Positions 29,562-36,804 of a DNA stretch of 48,504 bases are shown piece after piece. Within the stretch, counting starts at the first letter, position 1. Each line of letters starts with the position of its first letter. The DNA is from an uncultured Clostridium sp. (lineage in GTDB: Bacteria > Bacillota > Clostridia > TANB77 > CAG-508): contig CAYMXX010000003.1 of assembly GCA_964394545.1 (NCBI GenBank), positions 7,573 to 56,076 on the forward strand, in the 5' to 3' direction. The translations under genes were made by a program, and so were the position numbers. Under the pieces are notes generated by a model that saw only the letters and a list, made by a program, of their open reading frames with translations, had not been told where the DNA came from and made no database searches.

Positions 29562-29620
29562 TCACGTTTTTTTGCAAGTAAACATAAGATATATATATAC
29601 GCTATAAAGGAGGAATAAAA

Positions 29621-29974
29621 ATGTATAGAAATTATACACAGTGTAGAGCTTGTGGCTGTAATAATATGATGAACAATAATAATCAAGATTTAATTGATGA
29701 TACTTGTAATTATATACAAAACACTATGGCTTTACATGAAGATAATTGCGAATGTGGATTTGATGAAGAAGATAATTTGTTTCCAACAAATCCAATGTTT
29801 GCACAAAGCTATGTACCATGGCAAACTATGGATAAAACATTTATGCCATGTGTTGGACTTAAAATGGGAACAATTTTTCCTGAACTTGTAAGTCCGTATA
29901 TGCCAGGACAATCAATGGAAGAAATTGAATTTATTAGAAATGCAAATACAATAGGAAAGGGGTGTAACAAATGA
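29621..29974 (+). CDS. cotJA: Spore coat-associated protein CotJA
   Basis: AQSYVPWQ...GLKMGTIFPELVSPY is the CotJA signature, and the gene is first in a cotJABC arrangement. Confidence 0.75.
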   Translation: MYRNYTQCRACGCNNMMNNNNQDLIDDTCNYIQNTMALHEDNCECGFDEEDNLFPTNPMFAQSYVPWQTMDKTFMPCVGLKMGTIFPELVSPYMPGQSMEEIEFIRNANTIGKGCNK

Positions 29975-30279
29975 TAGACAGTAAAGAATGTCAAACAGAA
30001 GAAAATAGAAATGATTGTGAATGCAATAAAGATATGAGAAGACAAGAAATGATTGATCAAATTAAAAGTTTAGATTTTGCCATAATAGAACTTGGACTAT
30101 ATTTGGATACACACCCAGATGACCAAAGGGCTCTTTGTATGCACAGAGAATATTGTAAACAAGTAAAAGATTTAAAAGACAAATACAAAAAAATGTATGG
30201 GCCATTAACAATTTTTTATCCATGCAACAAATGGAGATGGCTTGAGGAACCATGGCCATGGGAAAGGGGGAATTATTAG
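29971..30279 (+). CDS. cotJB: Spore coat protein CotJB
   Basis: LDFAIIELGLYLDTHPDDQRAL...YGPLT is the CotJB signature. There is an ATGA overlap with cotJA. Confidence 0.8.
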   Translation: MIDSKECQTEENRNDCECNKDMRRQEMIDQIKSLDFAIIELGLYLDTHPDDQRALCMHREYCKQVKDLKDKYKKMYGPLTIFYPCNKWRWLEEPWPWERGNY

Positions 30280-30477
30280 ATGTGGACTTATAATAAAGTA
30301 TTAGAATACCCAATAAATATTAAATGCCCGAATCCTCGTTTAGCAAAGTTTATAATATCTCAATATGGAGGACCAGATGGAGAGCTTGGAGCATCACTTA
30401 GATATTTATCGCAAAGATTTGGAATGCCAGACCAAAAAGCAAAAGCTATATTAAATGATATAGGTACAGAAGAATGA
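30280..30477 (+). CDS. cotJC: cotJC (Mn-catalase-family spore coat protein), 5' segment, truncated by the element insertion
   Basis: The CotJC N-terminus is MWTYNKVLEYP...GELGASLRYLSQRFGMPD...LNDIGTEE, followed by TGA created at the junction (30475-30477). Confidence 0.85.
   Translation: MWTYNKVLEYPINIKCPNPRLAKFIISQYGGPDGELGASLRYLSQRFGMPDQKAKAILNDIGTEE
30463..30475. repeat. Left copy of the 13-bp core direct repeat GGTACAGAAGAAT (attL core)
   Basis: It is identical to 34343-34355. Next to it inside the element is the arm GTACCATGATGTTGTCAAT (30478-30496). Confidence 0.85.
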
Positions 30478-30653
30478 GTACCATGATGTTGTCAATAGTT
30501 AAAGACATAGGTTATTTGTAGTCGGCAAAGCCTTAACAACTAACAAAATTACAACTTTAACTATTGACTGTAAAAATTTACAATTTAAACAGTAGAGAAT
30601 TTGTAGGGGCGACCAGTGGTCGTCCGCCTTACAGAGCCTTGCTAAAATTAATA

Positions 30654-32213
30654 TTAGATTTTAGGTATTTTAGGATATATATGTAATTCAAATTTGGTAG
30701 GGTCTGATTCTTTTTTTATAGCTTTTTCAGTTTTTAAATATGTAACTTTTGCAAGAATACTTTTAAGTAAAATGTTTTTATCTTCAGCAGATTCTAACTT
30801 ATAATATAAATCTATAACATTTTTAAATTTAGGTATCATAATTTCTTTTTGTTGTTTCATTTCATTATTTTTACTTAAAAGTTCAGTATATTCATTTAAT
30901 TTGTTTTCTAAATTTCGAATATTATCTTTTATAGATTTAGAACGATTTATAAATTCATCTTTGTTATAAATACCATTTTCTAAAAAGTCATAGATTTTAT
31001 TAAGTTTAATATTTTCTTTTTCTAATTCTTTTTGTGTAGCTAAAATGGATTTTTCTATTATCTTGTTATTATCTGTACTAGAATTATCTTTTATATTATA
31101 ATTTACTTTGTAATTTTCAAGCCAAATTTTTAATGATTCAATGATTTTATTTTCTACAATATAAAGTTTAGAACTTACATTATCACATTTTGAATTAGAA
31201 CACATAAGTGTAGCAGGTTTATCAGCTTTTGTATAAGGTCGCCTTTGCATAGGTTTGCCACATTTTTCGCAAAATACTAAACCAACTAATGGATTTTGAA
31301 CTATATTGCTATGTTTTACTTTAGGAGCATTTTGTTTTCTTTTTTCTTGTACTAAATTCCAAGTTTTATCATCAATAATTGGATCATGTAATCCATCATA
31401 AATTAAATATTCATTATTACGAGGTCTACTAATTATAAGATGTCCGTTTTTCGTTTTCTTTTTTTGTTTCCTTCTATTCCAAACAATTTTTCCGATATAT
31501 GTAGGATTAGAAAGAATATCTTTAACAGAAGAAATAGTCCATTCATCTGAAATTCTAGGTTTTAAATTAAGAGAATTTAATTGTTTAGCAACCGAATTTA
31601 TAGTATTACTTTCAAAAGAATATAATCTAAAGATTTCTTTTACAATATGTGCTTCATCTTGATTTATTGATAAGCTATAACCTTTAGAATCTTTTAATTT
31701 TACTCTATCATATCCAAATGGAGCAATGTTACCAACAAATTTACCCTCTGAAACAGAAATCTCACGACCTCTTTGTAAACGCCTATTTATTGTTTTATAT
31801 TCTCTTCTAGACATAAATAAGCCAAACTCAAAATATTCTTCATCAAATTCATTATCTGGGTCATATGTTTTAATGGGTGTAATAATTTTGGTATGAGAGT
31901 ATTTAAAAGCTTTTGAAACTCTACCTTGATCAGCAGTATCACCACGAGCAAGTCTTTCTACTTCAACAACTAAGATGCCAGTCCATTTTTCGTTTTCAAC
32001 ATCTTTTAAAAGTTTTTGTATTTCTTTTCTTTCACTAATAGTTTCACCACTTACAACTTCTCTGTAAATTTTACCAATAGTTAAATTTCGTGTTGAAGCT
32101 AGAGTAGTCAAGATTTTTTCATGTCTTGCTAAAGTTTCGCCTTCACCATATTTTTCAGATTCTATATCTTCTCTTGATTTTCTTAAATATATTGCATATG
32201 TGCCATCTTGCAC
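30654..32213 (-). CDS. Large serine recombinase (resolvase/invertase N-terminal domain, recombinase domain, zinc ribbon, coiled coil)
   Basis: YAIYLRKSRED (catalytic Ser region), RLARGD, a Cys4 ribbon (CEKCGKPM...CSNSKCDN) and a C-terminal coiled coil. It starts at GTG after GGAGGAAAT. Confidence 0.9.
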   Translation of the reverse strand: MQDGTYAIYLRKSREDIESEKYGEGETLARHEKILTTLASTRNLTIGKIYREVVSGETISERKEIQKLLKDVENEKWTGILVVEVERLARGDTADQGRVSKAFKYSHTKIITPIKTYDPDNEFDEEYFEFGLFMSRREYKTINRRLQRGREISVSEGKFVGNIAPFGYDRVKLKDSKGYSLSINQDEAHIVKEIFRLYSFESNTINSVAKQLNSLNLKPRISDEWTISSVKDILSNPTYIGKIVWNRRKQKKKTKNGHLIISRPRNNEYLIYDGLHDPIIDDKTWNLVQEKRKQNAPKVKHSNIVQNPLVGLVFCEKCGKPMQRRPYTKADKPATLMCSNSKCDNVSSKLYIVENKIIESLKIWLENYKVNYNIKDNSSTDNNKIIEKSILATQKELEKENIKLNKIYDFLENGIYNKDEFINRSKSIKDNIRNLENKLNEYTELLSKNNEMKQQKEIMIPKFKNVIDLYYKLESAEDKNILLKSILAKVTYLKTEKAIKKESDPTKFELHIYPKIPKI

Positions 32214-32254
32214 ATTTCCTCCTTTCCTTGTAATTTGTCTTTAACTTGCTAAAA

Positions 32255-32413
32255 TTATATATATAAATTCGACAAATTACAATGATAAGATTTATTTATT
32301 AAATTAATTATGATGTTATCTATATATTCTTTTTGAATAGTAATATTTTCTACTATGAAATCATCATAAAACTTTATTTTTGTATTTTCTAATGTGTATT
32401 CTTCTAATATCAT
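32255..32413 (-). CDS. Small hypothetical protein (52 aa) upstream of, and co-oriented with, the recombinase; possible directionality/accessory factor
   Basis: The ORF MILEEYTLENTKIKFYDDFIVENITIQKEYIDNII... follows an RBS-like TGAGGCG. No family was recognised. Confidence 0.35.
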   Translation of the reverse strand: MILEEYTLENTKIKFYDDFIVENITIQKEYIDNIIINLINKSYHCNLSNLYI

Positions 32414-32448
32414 ATAAATCGCCTCATTTAACTTTATGAGAAAAGAAT

Positions 32449-32533
32449 AAAAAAATACCCAAGACTGGCTTGTCTTGAGCAAATTCACAATTCTCTATGC
32501 TAACATTATATGATGGGCGACTTATAAAATCAA
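32449..32533 (-). promoter_or_regulatory. SigA-like promoter followed by a leader terminator hairpin ahead of the small ORF and recombinase genes
   Basis: On the minus strand: TTGATT (32533-32528), a 17-nt spacer, TATAAT (32510-32505). The hairpin CTCAAGAC-AAGCCA-GTCTTGGG and a T-run (32479-32449) then lie upstream of ATG 32413. Confidence 0.45.
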
Positions 32534-32646
32534 TTCCCATTTATTTCCCTTTTTTCTAAAAATGTTGTAATCTAATAAATTTTAATATAAAATATAATCA
32601 AATTGAAAAGAGTAGTATGTTTGTTTTTGAAAGGAGGTAAAAGTAA

Positions 32647-32970
32647 ATGAACAAAAAGAATAAAATATTAAATGTAATTTTTATAATTCTAAATGGCATT
32701 ATTATTTATTTTATATCAAGTAATCGATGGGTAAATAGAATGCCTGGTCCAGGAGTAGATTATTCTTTAGTTGAAGATTTTTATGCTTTATTTTTAGGAC
32801 GTGGACTTCCAACGGTGATAACTGCATTAATAACAGCAATAATATCTTTTTTAGTAAATAAAGTTATTATAAAACAAGATTTAAAAGTAAAAAATTATAT
32901 TATTCTGTTCTTTATAATACTAATTGTAAATATCATTGTTTATAGAACAGGTATAGGAGTTGCCGTATAA
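32647..32970 (+). CDS. Small membrane protein (three predicted TM helices), element cargo
   Basis: A 107-aa ORF after an AGGAGGT RBS, with hydrophobic segments ILNVIFIILNGIIIYFI, LPTVITALITAIISFLV and YIILFFIILIVNIIVY. No family was recognised. Confidence 0.5.
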   Translation: MNKKNKILNVIFIILNGIIIYFISSNRWVNRMPGPGVDYSLVEDFYALFLGRGLPTVITALITAIISFLVNKVIIKQDLKVKNYIILFFIILIVNIIVYRTGIGVAV

Positions 32971-32985
32971 ATCTTTGTAACAATT

Positions 32986-33068
32986 ATAATGTGCCTTATA
33001 AATTTTTTTCAAGGTTAAATTGAATGTGCTATAGCACAACCTTGAAAAAAATTTTAAAAGCACATTAT
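32986..33068. terminator. Nested 83-bp palindrome; a bidirectional terminator-like structure
   Basis: The outer arms are ataatgtgc / gcacattat and the inner arms are tttttttcaaggtt / aaccttgaaaaaaa (33004-33051). The central palindrome is gtgctatagcac. Confidence 0.55.
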
Positions 33069-33253
33069 TTTTCATTTAAGAGGATTTAAGGATAAGTATG
33101 TGTAAAGTATACATAAACAATGTTTTGTTAGAGTGAACTTGGGTGAACTCTAAAGGCAGGATAGTGATGATTAACATATCACATATACACGTAGAAGGAC
33201 AAGCCTTCTAGAGTTAATAAAAGAACAAAAATTTTATGCAAAAGTGATGCGGA

Positions 33254-33407
33254 AATTCACCGAATGAACTACTAAAAAATGTCTATTAGAGTGCGAAAGT
33301 TCACTAAATGAACTCAAAATTTACTATTTTTAGGTAAAAGTTCACCGAGTGAACTAAATTAAATTCACTTAGTGAATAACAAATTTAATAAGTTCACTTA
33401 GTGTACT
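33254..33407. repeat. Five copies of a 17-bp palindrome, consensus AGTTCAC-N3-GTGAACT
   Basis: The copies lie at 33254-33270, 33298-33314, 33339-33355 (a perfect AGTTCACCGAGTGAACT), 33362-33378 and 33391-33407. A related GTGAAC-N4-GTGAAC lies at 33133-33148. Confidence 0.8.
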
Positions 33408-33436
33408 TAGAATTTATGAAAATTTGGCACAAAGTA

Positions 33437-33465
33437 TTGATTTTGTAAATAAAATAAAGTATAAT
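33437..33465 (+). promoter_or_regulatory. Consensus SigA promoter of the toxI-like RNA / toxN cassette
   Basis: TTGATT (33437-33442), a 17-nt spacer, then TATAAT (33460-33465). Confidence 0.6.
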
Positions 33466-33496
33466 GAATATACTAATATTGATAAATTAATTTATC

Positions 33497-33692
33497 AAAT
33501 AAACTAGGTTGCACAAGCCTTTGATTAATTTCATAAACAAGTGCAAATTTAAACATTAGGTTAGATATGAGCCTTTAGGATGCGAATCCTATAAACGAAT
33601 ATCCTATTGAACATTAGGTTAGAAACGAGCCTTTAGGTTACTATAAATGAGTTTCCAAAAAAATTATGGGGGTACTTAAAAAAGTATCCCCT
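33497..33692 (+). ncRNA. Candidate type III antitoxin RNA (ToxI/antiQ-like): about 2.7 imperfect tandem repeats, then a terminator hairpin
   Basis: ACATTAGGTTAGA(T/A)A(T/C)GAGCCTTTAGG occurs at 33553 and 33611 (58-nt period), with a degenerate copy (ACTAGGTTGCACAAGCCTTTGA) at about 33502. The hairpin gggggtac/gtatcccc (33668-33691) lies just before toxN. Confidence 0.6.
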
Positions 33693-33715
33693 ATATTTAT
33701 AATACGGAGGAATAA

Positions 33716-34246
33716 ATGAAGGATACAAAGAAAATAAAATTAGGAAAATTAAATTTTTATATTATAGATGATAATTATATTAAATATTTAAGTCAATTTG
33801 ATAAACATATTGCTTATAATAAAAATGAAAAAAGACCATATATAGGAGTTGTAATTATTGTTGAAGAGCATTATTATTTCGCACCTTTATTTTCGCCAAA
33901 ACAAAAACATAAAACATATAAAGATAATTTAACTTTTTTCAAAATTATAAATACTAAAACAAAAAATGATTTAGGTATAATTAGATTTTCTGATATGATA
34001 CCAGTACCACAAGAAAGTGTTTATTTATTAGATATAAAAAGTAAAAGTTATGGATATAAAAGACTACTTTCAGAACAATATTCTTACATAAATAAGCCTG
34101 AAAATAAAGCAAAAATTATGGAAAAAGCAGAAAAGATTTATAGTATAGTTACTAAAAATAGTAAAAGTAAGATGGCTAAATTTTATAAAGATTTAAGTTG
34201 TGATTTTAAATTGTTAGAAGAAAAAAGTGCTGAATATAAAGTTTAA
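33716..34246 (+). CDS. toxN: ToxN/AbiQ-family type III toxin (endoribonuclease)
   Basis: FYIIDDNYIKYLSQFD...RPYIGVVIIVEEHYYFAPLFSPKQKH...GIIRFSDMIPVP...YKRLLSEQYSYI...CDFKLLEEKSAEY parallels lactococcal AbiQ (FYTISSKYIEYLKEFD...YLAPLTSPK...CNFSLLEEK). Confidence 0.8.
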   Translation: MKDTKKIKLGKLNFYIIDDNYIKYLSQFDKHIAYNKNEKRPYIGVVIIVEEHYYFAPLFSPKQKHKTYKDNLTFFKIINTKTKNDLGIIRFSDMIPVPQESVYLLDIKSKSYGYKRLLSEQYSYINKPENKAKIMEKAEKIYSIVTKNSKSKMAKFYKDLSCDFKLLEEKSAEYKV

Positions 34247-34255
34247 TAAATAAAA

Positions 34256-34291
34256 AGTTCACTAAGTGTACTTTAGTTCACCCGGTGAACT
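34256..34291. repeat. Two more copies of the 17-bp palindrome; the second doubles as the toxN terminator
   Basis: AGTTCACTAAGTGTACT (34256-34272) and a perfect AGTTCACCCGGTGAACT (34275-34291) followed by TTTTT. Confidence 0.75.
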
Positions 34292-34342
34292 TTTTTAATT
34301 TTACAGCCAATAGTCATAATTTTTTATAATTGACAACATGGT

Positions 34343-34762
34343 GGTACAGAAGAATTAGCCCATTTAGAAATGGTAGGAACATTGGTTCATCAATTAACAG
34401 ATGGATGCAGTTCAGATGAATTAGCAAAAGCAGGTCTTGGAGCATATTATACAGATCATGGTTGGGGAGTATACCCACAATCAGCAGCAGGAGTTCCTTT
34501 TGACGCAAATGCTTTAGCAGTAAAAGGTGATCCGATTGCAGATTTACAAGAGGATTTAGCAGCCGAACAAAAAGCACGAGCAACATATGAAAAATTAATT
34601 GATTTATGCAAAGATGACCAAGATGTATTAGATGTACTTCGATTTTTAAGAGAAAGAGAAGTAGTGCATTTCCAAAGATTTGGAGAAGCATTAAGAGGAG
34701 TACAAGATAAACTTGCAGAAAGAAAATTTTATATGAATAAAAATATGAAATGTGAGCAATAA
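34343..34762 (+). CDS. cotJC: cotJC 3' segment, beginning at the right core repeat
   Basis: GTEELAHLEMVGTLVHQLTDG...DLQEDLAAEQKARATYEKL...REVVHFQRFGEAL shows Mn-catalase/CotJC conserved motifs. It is in frame with the 5' segment once 3,880 bp are removed. Confidence 0.85.
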   Translation, partial: GTEELAHLEMVGTLVHQLTDGCSSDELAKAGLGAYYTDHGWGVYPQSAAGVPFDANALAVKGDPIADLQEDLAAEQKARATYEKLIDLCKDDQDVLDVLRFLREREVVHFQRFGEALRGVQDKLAERKFYMNKNMKCEQ

Positions 34763-34778
34763 ATTTGATAAGTTTATT

Positions 34779-34808
34779 AAAAGAGGATTCCTGTTGGAAG
34801 CCTCTTTT
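34779..34808. terminator. Bidirectional terminator between cotJC and pncB
   Basis: The stem aaaagagg / cctctttt has T- or A-runs on both sides. Confidence 0.6.
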
Positions 34809-34823
34809 GTATACTTAGTTATT

Positions 34824-36254
34824 TTATAAATTGTGTAACATATTATCTTTTAGTTCCCATAGATTTTTAGATAAATCTACATAGTATTTATGAGGATTTT
34901 TTATACGTTTTATTTCATTCCATAAAGTTTCTAATTCTTTTTTTGCATTTTCGGCAATTTCTTTTAAAGATGGGGAAGTGTATATTAAATTTCCGTTTTC
35001 AAAAATTTTTTCTTGTAAAGGTCTAGCTGTATAATTAGTTAAGGTTTTCTTTTTCCATGTTGCTGTTGGGTCAAATATTGTGTAGTTATTTTCTGGTATA
35101 ATTTCATCATGTAATGCAATAACATCTGCAATAGCTTTATTTGTTTTGTTATCGTAAAATCTGTATGTTTTCTTAAAGCCAGGATTAGTGATTTTTATTG
35201 TATTATTTGAAACTTTTATTTTAGGAATTATTTTTCCTTCTTTTTCTATAGCACTTAATTTATATACACCACCAAAAACAGGGTTGCTTTTTGCTGTAAT
35301 TAAATTTTCTCCAACTCCAAAAGAATCCAATTTAGCTCCTTCATCTAATATTGATGTAATTACATATTCGTCTAAAGAATTTGTGCCACATATTTTACAA
35401 TCTTCGTAACCAGCTTCATCTAATGTTGTTCTTAATTTTTTAGAAAGATAAGATAAATCACCACTATCAATTCGTACAGCTTTTGGTCTGTATCCCATAG
35501 GAGTTAAGACTTCATTAAATACTTTAATTGCATTATTAATTCCAGAACCCAAAGAATCATAAGTATCTATTAGTAAAGTACAGTCATCTGGGTAATTTTC
35601 TGCATAAGCTTTAAATGCTTCATATTCAGAATCAAAACTTTGTATAAAGCTATGTGCCATAGTTCCACTTGCAGGTACATTATATTTTTGTGCTGTAAGA
35701 GTACAAGAAGTTCCAACACAACCACCAATTATTGCTGCTCTTGCTCCATAAACTGCTGCATCAATACTATGTGCTCTACGAGCTCCAAATTCCATTACAG
35801 GACGTCCTTTTGCAGCACTAACTATTCTACTTGCTTTTGTTGCAATTAAGCTTTGATGGTTAATTAAAAGCAAAAGCATAGTTTCTAAAAGTTGAGCTTC
35901 TATTAATGGAGCTTTTACTGTAATTAAAGGTTCTGTAGGGAAGACCACTGTACCTTCTGGAACAGCCCAAATATCTCCACTAAATTTAAAGTTTTCTAAG
36001 TAGTTTAAAAATTCATTAGAGAATTTATTTGTACTTTTTAAGTAATTAATATCTTCTTCATCAAAATGTAGGTTTTGAATATATTCAATTATTTGCTCTA
36101 ATCCAGCAAATATAACATAACCACCACCATCTGGAATTTCTCTAAAAAACACATCAAAATATGCATTTACAGTGTTCATATTCATAGCAAAATATCCATT
36201 TGACATTGTAAATTCATAAAAATCTGTAACTAATTCTAATTTTCTATTATCCAT
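34824..36254 (-). CDS. pncB: Nicotinate phosphoribosyltransferase
   Basis: A 476-aa ORF with LVTDFYEFTMSNGYF...GTMAHSFIQSF...DTYD...VRIDSGD. Confidence 0.9.
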   Translation of the reverse strand: MDNRKLELVTDFYEFTMSNGYFAMNMNTVNAYFDVFFREIPDGGGYVIFAGLEQIIEYIQNLHFDEEDINYLKSTNKFSNEFLNYLENFKFSGDIWAVPEGTVVFPTEPLITVKAPLIEAQLLETMLLLLINHQSLIATKASRIVSAAKGRPVMEFGARRAHSIDAAVYGARAAIIGGCVGTSCTLTAQKYNVPASGTMAHSFIQSFDSEYEAFKAYAENYPDDCTLLIDTYDSLGSGINNAIKVFNEVLTPMGYRPKAVRIDSGDLSYLSKKLRTTLDEAGYEDCKICGTNSLDEYVITSILDEGAKLDSFGVGENLITAKSNPVFGGVYKLSAIEKEGKIIPKIKVSNNTIKITNPGFKKTYRFYDNKTNKAIADVIALHDEIIPENNYTIFDPTATWKKKTLTNYTARPLQEKIFENGNLIYTSPSLKEIAENAKKELETLWNEIKRIKNPHKYYVDLSKNLWELKDNMLHNL

Positions 36255-36358
36255 AATACACCTCTTAAATATATTTTTTTACAAATCATAAATATTATAA
36301 CACAAATGTCAAGAAAAAAAGAAAACCGCCCTGCTTTAGTAGCAGAGCGGAACTCCAA

Positions 36359-36637
36359 TTAAACTGCAGATGAAACTCTTACAAGCAACTGACGACGGCT
36401 ATAATACTTGTTCGTCGCATAATCAGAAAAGTTATAACCTAAGACATTACCATAAGTAATATCTTTCGGAGTTGCCATTCTGTTTGTGGGTCCATTTGTA
36501 ATGAAGAAGATAACTTCAACAGTACTGGATTCACCATGGCACTTTTCAAAGGTATGGAGAACGTTTTCGATTGCCTCCGGATTTTCCTCGCAGAAAAATT
36601 TAGCAAAGAGCTTAGGAGTTTTGGTTGTGTAGGTCAC
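36359..36637 (-). CDS. Hypothetical 92-aa protein, compositionally atypical (visibly higher GC)
   Basis: It starts at GTG after an AGGAGG RBS. It has its own TTGACT-N17-TATAAT promoter (minus strand, about 36700-36728) and a GC-rich terminator (36305-36345). No family was recognised and there is no radical-SAM motif. Confidence 0.5.
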   Translation of the reverse strand: MTYTTKTPKLFAKFFCEENPEAIENVLHTFEKCHGESSTVEVIFFITNGPTNRMATPKDITYGNVLGYNFSDYATNKYYSRRQLLVRVSSAV

Positions 36638-36804
36638 AATAGTGACCTCCTTTCATTAGTATAATATTTTTGTATAGGCATTTACCTAATACATATTAAT
36701 TATACCACTTTTTTATAATTCAGTCAATTTACATAAAAAGTGGGGGCTCCCACTAATATTTATATACTAGGGCGACTTTAGCCGCTTTGTTCTATTATTA
36801 CAGA

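Larger units (their letters stand above)
30476..34355. mobile_element. 3,880-bp gene-intervening element in cotJC, with a large serine recombinase and a ToxIN cargo
   Basis: The element is bounded by the 13-bp core repeats. Its inner arms, 30478-30496 and 34329-34347, are 17/19 inverted matches. Precise deletion joins ...DIGTEE to LAHLEMVGTLVHQL in frame. Confidence 0.85.

Noticed and set aside
29694-29891. An alternative-frame 65-aa ORF lies inside cotJA.
   Set aside because: It sits fully within the CotJA frame, which carries the family signature. It has no independent support.
32414-32488. A longer version of the small element ORF, starting at ATG 32488 (77 aa).
   Set aside because: The extension would be translated through a terminator-like hairpin and lacks an RBS. 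The internal ATG 32413 has a TGAGGCG RBS. Confidence in either model is low.
33230-33330. A short ORF, GTG ATG CGG AAA TTC ACC GAA TGA, containing another in-frame CGG, was considered as a sixth frameshift site.
   Set aside because: Neither frame gives more than about 13 codons, there is no RBS and no homology. The CGG lies in the palindrome array and is most likely non-coding.
33254-33407. The palindromes were considered as LexA (Cheo box) or Rex operators.
   Set aside because: - The Cheo box is GAAC-N4-GTTC and the Rex box is TGTGAA-N4-TTCACA.
- Here the half-sites are in the opposite arrangement (GTTCAC-N3-GTGAAC), so neither consensus fits.
33497-33650. The tandem repeats upstream of 33716 were considered as a small CRISPR array.
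   Set aside because: There are fewer than three imperfect units with no spacer/repeat regularity and no cas genes. They sit between a promoter and a ToxN/AbiQ gene, as type III antitoxin RNAs do.
36359-36637. The 92-aa ORF downstream of nrdD was considered as the activase NrdG.
   Set aside because: It has no CxxxCxxC radical-SAM cluster, is too short, and has its own promoter and terminator.
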